Positions 56,020 to 64,000 of a DNA stretch of 64,000 nt are shown piece by piece. A program made the position numbers and the translations under genes. The number at the start of each line of letters is the position of its first letter. The stretch's first letter is position 1. A model generated the notes under the pieces. It made no database searches, was not told the origin of the DNA, and worked only from the letters and a program-made list of their open reading frames with translations. The stretch spans positions 30,039-94,038 of IMG/VR virus record IMGVR_UViG_3300025191_000001; one strand, written 5' to 3'. This stretch comes from a virus. Its lineage: Duplodnaviria > Caudoviricetes.

Positions 56020-56589
56020 ATGAAAATTAAAAATGAATCTATATTAGGGCTTCCTAATTTCATTAAGGTTTTCTACCAAGACTGTAAATCTGGAAGAGCT
56101 ACAGGTTGGTGGGGAGAGAACTATGGTAGACGTAGTGAACGTCTTAATGTAGAACACAAAGGTAATAAACTTGTCAACACATACGATTTAATTAACTATA
56201 TTAAAGACAATGTTGAGGATGTATATCAAGAAGAGGTAGATACTTTCGCTAGTAAAGTTAACAGAGCTTACCCAGTGTTAAACTTCCAAAGAGCTTATAA
56301 ATGGGAAGTATCCTTAGAGGAAGCTCCTCCTAAAGAGGAAGAGGTTGTAGAGGATACATCTGAACAAGAAACTCTTGAAAAGGAAACCCATGAGCAAGAG
56401 ACTCTTACAGAGGATGCACCTCAAGAAGATAAGCCTGAACCAGACTTTGACTTTGCTAAGAAGATTGAAGATAGGAAAGAGTTAAAAGAATACGCTAAAG
56501 GGTTTGGTTTCAAACTTGATAGTCGTAAGTCACTTCCTGATATGATGAAATCTTTCCAAGGCAAGTTTCACGCATCTAAAGGGAAGTAG
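56020..56589 (+). CDS. hypothetical protein with acidic linker and small C-terminal helical domain
   Basis: ELKEYAKGFGFKLDSRKS. Confidence 0.7.
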   Translation: MKIKNESILGLPNFIKVFYQDCKSGRATGWWGENYGRRSERLNVEHKGNKLVNTYDLINYIKDNVEDVYQEEVDTFASKVNRAYPVLNFQRAYKWEVSLEEAPPKEEEVVEDTSEQETLEKETHEQETLTEDAPQEDKPEPDFDFAKKIEDRKELKEYAKGFGFKLDSRKSLPDMMKSFQGKFHASKGK

Positions 56590-56632
56590 TTAACAATAAA
56601 TAATAATCACATACAGTATCAGGAGATACAAG

Positions 56633-57400
56633 ATGATTAAAGATATAGAGTATTGGGCTGGACTTGCAGACGCTGACGGTTCTTTCAATTTAATGTACAG
56701 TAAGAGACCTAGTGGGTTGTTTTATACTCAATTGTCTTTTAACTTATACCAAAAAGATAAGACAATTCTTGAAGAATTTAATAAATACTTCGGCGTTAAT
56801 ATTAATGTTTGTAATAAACAAGACGTCCACGTTGTGAGAATTACAGGGGAGAAAGCAAGGTGGTTTTACTCCCAAGTCAAACCCTACTTAGTTATTAAGA
56901 AACCTCTAGTGTTATTTTTGGAGAGGAATGATAAGAAACATCTCACCCAGAAAGAGAAAGACACTTTAGTTCAGAAAATTAAAGTTAAAAGATACAGTAA
57001 TACTCATAACTATAAACACGACAATACCCCCGCGTGGTCTGCGGGTTTCATAGACGGAGACGGATGTTTCACTTGTAATTATAAGAAGGGAGACGGGAGC
57101 CTTGGTTTTGTAATCTCCGTAGTTTCTCATAAAGACCAAAGTTGCGGTTTACAACTTTTGAAATCTTTCTACGGAGGTTCTATTTCAAAAGATTGTAATT
57201 GTAATAGGTGGAGGATGTCGTTGAGTGATAAGTCACTACACCTCTTGATGCAATTAAGGGACAACCTAAAGATTAAAAAGTCTCAATGTGATTTCATAAT
57301 AAAATGTATTGAAGAAGAAAAGCACAAGAAAGTAAATGGAGCTACTAAAGAGTCTAACCTACTTTTAAAACAAGAATTATCTTCTATGAATAAGAGGTAG
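56633..57400 (+). CDS. free-standing double-motif LAGLIDADG homing endonuclease
   Basis: YWAGLADADGSF and WSAGFIDGDGCF. Confidence 0.9.
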   Translation: MIKDIEYWAGLADADGSFNLMYSKRPSGLFYTQLSFNLYQKDKTILEEFNKYFGVNINVCNKQDVHVVRITGEKARWFYSQVKPYLVIKKPLVLFLERNDKKHLTQKEKDTLVQKIKVKRYSNTHNYKHDNTPAWSAGFIDGDGCFTCNYKKGDGSLGFVISVVSHKDQSCGLQLLKSFYGGSISKDCNCNRWRMSLSDKSLHLLMQLRDNLKIKKSQCDFIIKCIEEEKHKKVNGATKESNLLLKQELSSMNKR

Positions 57401-57402
57401 GT

Positions 57403-58953
57403 ATGGCTAGGAAGTTTAAGAATGATGATATACTAGTCAGTAAAGCCTTTGAGGATTTTGCTTCTGGTATAGAATTACAACCCCACCAAGAGGACTTTTG
57501 TGCGGCAACGCAGAAGATTGTTTTCTTCGGCGGAGGAATGGGCGGCGGAAAAACTTTTGCCTCTCTTATAGACAACACTCAAGGTATTCACGACCCTGAT
57601 TATAAGTCTGTATTTATAAGAACAACAACAACAGAAATTGATCAAGGCTTATGGCCTGACGCGAAAGGTCTCTACATGAAGTTCCTAACAGACGATGGAA
57701 CTACTAACGGAAGATACTTAGGTAAAGCTCACATAGACGAGAAACGTAAGATAATCACTTTCCCTAGTGGCGCTACTACAGCATTTGCTTACTTACAGAA
57801 TGACGAAGATACTAAACGTTTCTTTGGTAGTGAGTTAGCAAAAGTGTACTTTGAGGAGGCCCAATTTCGAAGTTGGAGGCAGTTCACAATATTATTATCA
57901 CGTAACCGCTCAAGGGCGCAAGTTACTAAAGGTATAAGATGCACCCTTAATCCTGATGATAGAAGCTGGATTTTCGATTTCGTAAAGCGTTACCTTGATG
58001 ACGAAGGTTACCCTATCAGAAAGTTGTCTGGAAAGACTGCATACTACTATATCAAAGACGGTAAGCTATATACCTCATGGAATAAGAAGAATCTTAAAGA
58101 AGAGTTTAATCTCACTAAAGATCCTCTATCTTATACCTACATACCCGCTAAACTTTCTGACAACAAGAAACTATTAGAACTTGACCCTGACTATCAAGAC
58201 GTTCTTGCAGCGTTACCTGATGTAGAAAGGAAACGTTATGAGGATGGTTGTTGGTTAGACACAGGGCAACAAGGTCTATACTTCAAAAGAGAGTGGCTTC
58301 AACCTGTTGCTACCCTCCCCAAAGCCTGCTCTCGTGTAAGAGGTTACGACTTAGCAGCTTCTGAAAAGACTCCTACTACATACCCTGACTTTACAGTAGG
58401 TATTGGCATGGCTAAAGATAGAGAGGGTAACTTCTATATCTACGGTAACTATGTCAGAGACTTCAAAGACGATGACTCTGATATACATGGTTGTTTTAGA
58501 AAGAGTAGTGGTACTCGCGACCAGATAATGCTTACACAAGCAATGCATGATGGTAAAGACTGTGAAATAGTCATGCCTCAAGATGCTGGCGCTGCTGGTA
58601 AGGAGTCCTTCCAACACAAGGTTAAGTTCTTCCTATCACATGGCTTTAAAGTTAGGAAAGACCCTGCTGGACATACAGCAAGGAAAGGTGAAAAGGCTGA
58701 GTCATTCCTTACAGCGTGTGAACATGGTTTTGTTTACATTGTAAGAGATTCATTTACCCCTTCATCTTATGACTGGCTTATGGGGCAACTTGAAGTGTTC
58801 AACCCTAATGAAAAGTCTACGTCCTCTTATAAAGACGATGCTATGGACGCATGTGCTTCAGGGTTCAACTATCTTAACTCTAAAATTAATAATACAGTGC
58901 AGATGCTTCCTGATATTAACTCACCAACTTTAAAGAGTCAACTTGGAATTTAA
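57403..58953 (+). CDS. terL: terminase large subunit
   Basis: GGGMGGGKT, FEEAQ, TLNPD, GYDLA, KDDAMDA. Confidence 0.93.
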   Translation: MARKFKNDDILVSKAFEDFASGIELQPHQEDFCAATQKIVFFGGGMGGGKTFASLIDNTQGIHDPDYKSVFIRTTTTEIDQGLWPDAKGLYMKFLTDDGTTNGRYLGKAHIDEKRKIITFPSGATTAFAYLQNDEDTKRFFGSELAKVYFEEAQFRSWRQFTILLSRNRSRAQVTKGIRCTLNPDDRSWIFDFVKRYLDDEGYPIRKLSGKTAYYYIKDGKLYTSWNKKNLKEEFNLTKDPLSYTYIPAKLSDNKKLLELDPDYQDVLAALPDVERKRYEDGCWLDTGQQGLYFKREWLQPVATLPKACSRVRGYDLAASEKTPTTYPDFTVGIGMAKDREGNFYIYGNYVRDFKDDDSDIHGCFRKSSGTRDQIMLTQAMHDGKDCEIVMPQDAGAAGKESFQHKVKFFLSHGFKVRKDPAGHTARKGEKAESFLTACEHGFVYIVRDSFTPSSYDWLMGQLEVFNPNEKSTSSYKDDAMDACASGFNYLNSKINNTVQMLPDINSPTLKSQLGI

Positions 58954-58959
58954 GGAATT

Positions 58960-60471
58960 ATGTCAGACGAAAAAGAAATAGATATTAGAAAGGCTGAGGC
59001 AAATCCTGACTCTAATTCAAAAAGACTCAGGTTAGGTGAGGTAGGAACTCCTTACATTAATGCTGTAGCTGGTATCATCAAAGAGGAAGCTCGTAGAGAG
59101 TTGCAATTCCCAAGATGCCTACAAACTTACGATGAGATGAGACAGAACGCTACAATAGCTGCTGGTCTTACTGTTAATGAGGTTTTCCTAACTAAGTCAT
59201 TAATGAATGTCAAGGTACAAGCAGGAGACCCTAACAGTGAGAAATCTGTGGAGTTTGCCAATGCCTTGAATTGGAACTTTAAGAACTTAGTAGGGCAAAC
59301 TTGGTATGACGTAGTTACCGCTATGATTACATACCAACAGTACGGGTTCTCTTGGTTAGAGAAAGTCTACGAGAAGAACTCTAGTAAGAATTACCCATAC
59401 CAATACAAGATTAAGAAATTAGCACCTCGCTCACAGAAGAGTATTAAAGGATGGTTAATGGATGAGGATGCAAGGGAGCTTAAAGGTTTAGAACAATGGT
59501 CTCAGTCAATCCTAACTAACCCCTACCAACAATATGTAAGTGGTCAGAAGTTCGGTACAAGCACTGTGAAGCTACGTAGAGACAAGTTACTACTCTTCTC
59601 ATGGGATAACAAGAACCATAACCCTCAAGGCATATCTCCTCTTAACGGCTGTTACAGGGCGTATAAAGAGTTGAGTATGATAGCTAGTTATGAAGTCACA
59701 GGTGTTTCTAAAGATCTTGCTGGTGTGTTGGTTCTACGTGTTCCTACTGATATTATTAATAAAGCTGCTGAAGACCCTAGTTCTCACGAAGCTAAATCTC
59801 TTGCTCAATTACAAAAGAATGCGGCAAGTGTTCATGCTGGTGATCAAACGTATATGCTCTTAGGGAGTGATACAATTGATGGAAGTGGTTCTGGACATAG
59901 AGCATACGATGTAACCTTACAGGGTGTTGAGGGAGGTAGTAAGTCTTATAAAACTACTGAGCTTATACAAGAACGTAAGAAACAAATACTAGATAGCCTA
60001 GGGGTAGGTTTCCTTAACTTAGGTAATGATGGTGTAGGTTCTTATGCCTTAGCTACGGGTAAACAATCATTACATGCTCACTATATGGAAAGACACCTTA
60101 TATTCATTAAGAGTGTATTAGAGAATGACTTATTCAAACAGTTAGCTGAAATTAATGATATTGAGTTATCACAAGATGAAATGCCTGTCATTGAATACGG
60201 TGATTTAGATGAGCCTGACTTAGATACTATGAGTAAGGTTATACAACGTGTTGCTAGTGTCGGTATGATGCCTAAGAATAAAGAGTTCCTAATGAAAATA
60301 TACGAAGCTATGGGGTTAGATACCTCTATGTTTGAGGATATGACTGAAGAGGAGTTCTTAGAATTGCTTACAGAGGACACTAGTGCGGCAGGTGAAGGTC
60401 TGGGTAGCTCAGGTACGGGAATCACACAAGCAGAGGGTGCAAGCTCCATAACAAACAGCGAGAACGCTTAA
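58960..60471 (+). CDS. portal protein
   Basis: Follows terL; YGFSWLEKVY, KKLAPR, GSYAL motifs. Confidence 0.88.
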   Translation: MSDEKEIDIRKAEANPDSNSKRLRLGEVGTPYINAVAGIIKEEARRELQFPRCLQTYDEMRQNATIAAGLTVNEVFLTKSLMNVKVQAGDPNSEKSVEFANALNWNFKNLVGQTWYDVVTAMITYQQYGFSWLEKVYEKNSSKNYPYQYKIKKLAPRSQKSIKGWLMDEDARELKGLEQWSQSILTNPYQQYVSGQKFGTSTVKLRRDKLLLFSWDNKNHNPQGISPLNGCYRAYKELSMIASYEVTGVSKDLAGVLVLRVPTDIINKAAEDPSSHEAKSLAQLQKNAASVHAGDQTYMLLGSDTIDGSGSGHRAYDVTLQGVEGGSKSYKTTELIQERKKQILDSLGVGFLNLGNDGVGSYALATGKQSLHAHYMERHLIFIKSVLENDLFKQLAEINDIELSQDEMPVIEYGDLDEPDLDTMSKVIQRVASVGMMPKNKEFLMKIYEAMGLDTSMFEDMTEEEFLELLTEDTSAAGEGLGSSGTGITQAEGASSITNSENA

Positions 60472-60974
60472 TGGATAATAAAACATTACTAGATAAGTTT
60501 AAAGAGTTCTTAGATGCCAACGTAGGAGGCTCTCAGGAGAATCATAAAGAATACGTTGAGTCTGATACTACTTTAGTAAAATCTCTTGACACAATGGAGC
60601 GTAGAGCCTTGTACGTGGTCTTAGAGCCACAAGATAGTCTAGAGGAAGTATCGGACTTACATGGTGACTTCTATGATTCTATTACAGTAGAGAAAGCTTG
60701 TAGGAGCTTTAATAAGCACTCCAATAAAGCAGGTCTCTACCACGAATACACAGTAGAGAGTGACCTTGTTGAGATTGAACAATCTTGGATTAACCCTGCT
60801 GAGTTTAAGACAGAGGAAGGTCTCACCATTAAGAAAGGTACATGGTTAATGTGGTTACATTTCCCTAAGCCTGAGAATGACGAAAATGACACTATATGGG
60901 CTGACGTACTTAATGACGAGTTTACAGGTGTTAGTGTTGAATGTGCAGGTAGAGGATACGAATTAGATGCCTAA
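60471..60974 (+). CDS. prohead protease (XkdF-like)
   Basis: DLHGD, YHE, IKKGTWLM, FTGVSVE. Confidence 0.85.
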   Translation: MDNKTLLDKFKEFLDANVGGSQENHKEYVESDTTLVKSLDTMERRALYVVLEPQDSLEEVSDLHGDFYDSITVEKACRSFNKHSNKAGLYHEYTVESDLVEIEQSWINPAEFKTEEGLTIKKGTWLMWLHFPKPENDENDTIWADVLNDEFTGVSVECAGRGYELDA

Positions 60975-61866
60975 AGCTAAACGTAATATTACAGAGTTCA
61001 ACTTTGAAGAGGAAGGTGCAAGTATTCATCTAGTTTCTAAGAAACAAGGTGGGGCTGCTAATGGCTTCAAGACTCTCATAAAGAAATCTAACGCTACTAA
61101 CAAACTACCTGATGTAGATGAAGTAGGTGTAGATATTCAAAAGAAATTAGAACAGATTAAAGTCACTATGTCAATGGAAGAGTTCTTAAAGAAGTTCTTT
61201 AACATGTACTACGATGACGCAGAATTGCTTACCGCAATGTTAGGGTTTGAAACTGAGCATGAAGCTTATATGAACTCCCTAGAAGAAGACTCAGAACCTA
61301 TGACCTACTCAGATTACATTGCTAGTAAGCTGGACAGTTTTGAGATTATGAAGTCAATGCAAGAAGGAAACTACGAACAAGCTTCTGCATTAGATTACGT
61401 TACCATTCTTGAATTACAAGAAAACTTAGAAAATAAACTAAATGAGGAAATGATGGATAAAGTATCTATTGAAAAATCTCTACTTACTGACTTAGAAGGT
61501 AAGGCGGAGAAACTAGAAGCGCAAGTAGAGATTCAAAAATCACTTGAAGCTCAAGTGGAGTCACTACAAGGTGAGTTAGACACTATCAAGAAAGCACAAG
61601 TAGAAGCAGAAGAAGCCTCTATGAAAGCTCGTCTAGAGGGTGTAGTTGCAGAAGATAAGATTGAGTCATTGGCTAAATCACTCCTTGCTATGGATAAAGA
61701 AGCTGCTGACATTATGATCGACACGCTTACTAACGCTCAAAAGAAAACTGAAGAGTCTGACCTTTTCGTAGAGAAATCTTTAGAAGGTGAGCCAGAGATT
61801 AAATCAGAAAAAGAAGAACGAGACCTTGCTATGCAAAAAGCTCTCGAAGAAGCTTACTCTAAGTAA
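60967..61866 (+). CDS. capsid scaffolding protein
   Basis: HLV....GAANG motif, acidic coiled coil, repeated xKS sites. Confidence 0.7.
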   Translation: MPKAKRNITEFNFEEEGASIHLVSKKQGGAANGFKTLIKKSNATNKLPDVDEVGVDIQKKLEQIKVTMSMEEFLKKFFNMYYDDAELLTAMLGFETEHEAYMNSLEEDSEPMTYSDYIASKLDSFEIMKSMQEGNYEQASALDYVTILELQENLENKLNEEMMDKVSIEKSLLTDLEGKAEKLEAQVEIQKSLEAQVESLQGELDTIKKAQVEAEEASMKARLEGVVAEDKIESLAKSLLAMDKEAADIMIDTLTNAQKKTEESDLFVEKSLEGEPEIKSEKEERDLAMQKALEEAYSK

Positions 61867-61897
61867 TTTAAACAATAACTAAATAGGAAAACAAATA

Positions 61898-62365
61898 ATG
61901 ACTGTTATTGCTACTAAAAATGATGCACAGGTATTGTCTGCTGTATTGATGGATGACCTAGCTGGTCTAGTTCTTGACCACAACTTTGCTCACCGTCAGA
62001 CTCTTACAGAAGGTTCTGCTACTGATGTTAAGATTGGTGATGTAGTGGTGTACGACTCTGCAAATGACCAATGGGAACTTGCTGCTACTGGTGCAACTCT
62101 TGATGGTGACAGCCCTCTAGGTTTCGGTCTAGGTGTTGTAGTAGGTTTTGAATCACTAGGCGATACTTATACTAAGAATATGACCACTGGCAACATTGTT
62201 GTTCTTTACCAAGGCTCAGTGAATGTTAAAGAAGCAGGTCTAGATTTTGGTACTCTTAACACAGCAGAGACAGCATCAGCTAAAGCTCAGTTAGGTAGAC
62301 AAGGTATCAAACTGATGAAGACTAGCACTAAACTAGATAGCTCTTTCTACAGCGCGTCAGTTTAA
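61898..62365 (+). CDS. head decoration protein
   Basis: Position between scaffold and capsid, size. Confidence 0.7.
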   Translation: MTVIATKNDAQVLSAVLMDDLAGLVLDHNFAHRQTLTEGSATDVKIGDVVVYDSANDQWELAATGATLDGDSPLGFGLGVVVGFESLGDTYTKNMTTGNIVVLYQGSVNVKEAGLDFGTLNTAETASAKAQLGRQGIKLMKTSTKLDSSFYSASV

Positions 62366-62395
62366 TTTAAAAGAATAATAACGGAGATATAAAGA

Positions 62396-63481
62396 ATGAA
62401 ATTTGGTCGTTTTGACGTAACTAAAGCTGTACGTGATATGGGTGATATTAATAAGCTACATGACTTAACTGGCATGATTAGCAAGTCACCAAATGTCCCA
62501 ACTCTTATGAGTGACCTACTAGGTGGCTCTATTGAATCAGAGTTCCTTTCAACTAACACTTTTGAGCATGACTCAACAGAACGTTTCATCGCTGACATTA
62601 AAGACAAGTCTTTTACTGAACGTGGTGAAGCATTTGACCAACGTGGTGAAACTAAAACTCACCTATTCAAAGTTCCTAGCTTTGGTATCCAAACTCACAT
62701 TAAGCCATCTGATGCGCTTCGTCGTCGTGTTGAAGGTACTAAAGATGAGATGGAAACTATTGACCGTCTAGTAGCTAAAGATATTGCTGACATTCAGAAG
62801 TCTTGGGCTTTGTTTGAAGAGCGTCAGATTGTATCTACTATCACTACTGGTAGTTTGTATGTTCCTAATGGTTCTGTACAGTCTTATGACTTCTATGCAG
62901 AGTACACTGCTAACAACGCAGCTAACCGCCCTACAGTAAACTTCAAGTTCAACGATGACAATGCTTACCCTCGTGAAGTTGGTGAGGAAGCGCGTAACCT
63001 AATCGCTGACAACCTTCTTGATGGTCAGACTATTGATGGCTTTATCTGCCTATGTGGTAAAGAGTTCTTCAAGCAACGTATCTCTCACCCTAAAGAAGAA
63101 CAAGCAATGGTACAACGTGCTGGTATCTTAGGTCAAGACCCTCTTATCGAGCGCCTAGATAACTTCACTAATGGTGCAATGTACCGTAAGTACCGTGGTG
63201 CCGATGACATCCTTTACGTAGAGTACACTGCTAAAGTTGGTGGCGCTGCCCTAATCGCAGACGACGAAGGTTACATCATGCCGTTGAATGCTGGTTCAGT
63301 GTTTACTCGTGCGTATGCTCCTGCTGAAACTATGCAGTATGCAAATACTACTGCTGCATCTCAGTACGCTTGGAGATTCGATGATGAGTTCTCTGGTACT
63401 AAGCTGTTCTGGGAATCAAACCAAGGTCTGTACTTGAACAACCCTAATACTATTGTTAAAGTGACTATGACTGTAGCTTAA
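62396..63481 (+). CDS. major capsid protein (lambda E-like family)
   Basis: Position, 361 aa, AYAPAE..YANT...ESN..Y...P motif. Confidence 0.88.
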   Translation: MKFGRFDVTKAVRDMGDINKLHDLTGMISKSPNVPTLMSDLLGGSIESEFLSTNTFEHDSTERFIADIKDKSFTERGEAFDQRGETKTHLFKVPSFGIQTHIKPSDALRRRVEGTKDEMETIDRLVAKDIADIQKSWALFEERQIVSTITTGSLYVPNGSVQSYDFYAEYTANNAANRPTVNFKFNDDNAYPREVGEEARNLIADNLLDGQTIDGFICLCGKEFFKQRISHPKEEQAMVQRAGILGQDPLIERLDNFTNGAMYRKYRGADDILYVEYTAKVGGAALIADDEGYIMPLNAGSVFTRAYAPAETMQYANTTAASQYAWRFDDEFSGTKLFWESNQGLYLNNPNTIVKVTMTVA

Positions 63482-63496
63482 TAGTGTTAACTTTAA

Positions 63497-63520
63497 AGGA
63501 GGGGCATTCGCCCCTTCTTC
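63497..63520 (+). terminator. terminator after capsid gene
   Basis: GAGGGGC-ATTC-GCCCCTT followed by CTT. Confidence 0.7.
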
Positions 63521-63538
63521 TGTTGTTTAAGGAAAGCC

Positions 63539-63979
63539 ATGATAGATATTAACTATAATGATCCAACAAGCTTTGTTCGAAGTAACATTGGTGATCCTAA
63601 CGCACGTTATGTAAGCGACAACACTATTACATCTGCCCTTGCTAAGAATGATGGTAACATAGATAAAGCCTCTATTCTTATAATGGAGACTATGTTAACA
63701 CACTTCTCTATTCAAGCGGAGGAGAGTAAAACAGGTGATGTATGGTATAAATTCACCAATCTCTATGAAAGATTTAAGAGTAGATTAGATGAGTTTAAAA
63801 ACAGTAGTTCCTCTAAACACGGTATTCCTATCATTATAGGAGGTACACGTATTAGTGAAAAGAATGCTGTAGTACAAGACATTGATTCTTTCCTCCCCCA
63901 CTTACTAGACGACTGGAGAACTCTCCAAGAACAAGCAAGGTTAATAGATGAGGATAAGGCAAGGTATAGAGATGTTTAA
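63539..63979 (+). CDS. head-tail adaptor/completion protein
   Basis: VRSNIGD motif, position after capsid gene. Confidence 0.65.
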   Translation: MIDINYNDPTSFVRSNIGDPNARYVSDNTITSALAKNDGNIDKASILIMETMLTHFSIQAEESKTGDVWYKFTNLYERFKSRLDEFKNSSSSKHGIPIIIGGTRISEKNAVVQDIDSFLPHLLDDWRTLQEQARLIDEDKARYRDV

Positions 63980-64000
63980 TGTAAGGGTCACTCGTAAAAC

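Noticed and set aside
56590-61890. TAAATA as a T4-like late promoter
   Set aside because: Too common in AT-rich DNA and no late sigma factor in the window
1-64000. Alternative genetic code, integrase or diversity-generating retroelement
   Set aside because: Long genes translate cleanly in code 11; no integrase, reverse transcriptase or TR/VR pair seen

Overview
A 64-kb segment of a lytic, AT-rich tailed dsDNA phage. The T7-type primase-helicase, family A polymerase and XkdF-protease/E-type capsid head module resemble rV5/ICP1-type phages; a marine gammaproteobacterial host is inferred, not shown. Layout: replication and nucleotide genes on the minus strand (1-17.7 kb); a plus-strand block of small genes with many sigma70 promoters (18-25.2 kb); a distinct pre-early block that is probably the long terminal repeat (about 25.3-31.8 kb, with an Ocr-like gene); a minus-strand block (32.8-46.2 kb: nucleotidyltransferase, Pif1-like helicase, PhoH, ClpP-like); and the late operon (47-64 kb: terS, a fibre/adhesin module, LAGLIDADG endonuclease, terL, portal, protease, scaffold, decoration protein, major capsid). 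The strongest unexplained signal is a pair of paralogous, promoter-driven, roughly 420-490 nt non-coding elements (18.3-18.8 kb and 46.35-46.85 kb), one at each divergent-transcription switch. They keep the same stems in the same order with compensatory changes, invariant loops, a predicted pseudoknot, a long branched rod and a downstream iteron/palindrome block whose palindrome recurs at the putative genome end. They are candidate large structured RNAs or RNA-primed replication origins. Other notable items: sigma54 boxes at both edges of the pre-early block, a dispersed ~80-100 bp periodic intergenic repeat, an anti-Shine-Dalgarno-rich structured leader before the late operon, a 22-aa-repeat fibre system between terS and terL, and a polymerase with E710Q/Y766F-equivalent substitutions. 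No tRNA, rRNA or CRISPR array was recognised. All calls come from reading the sequence by eye; no database search or folding program was run.
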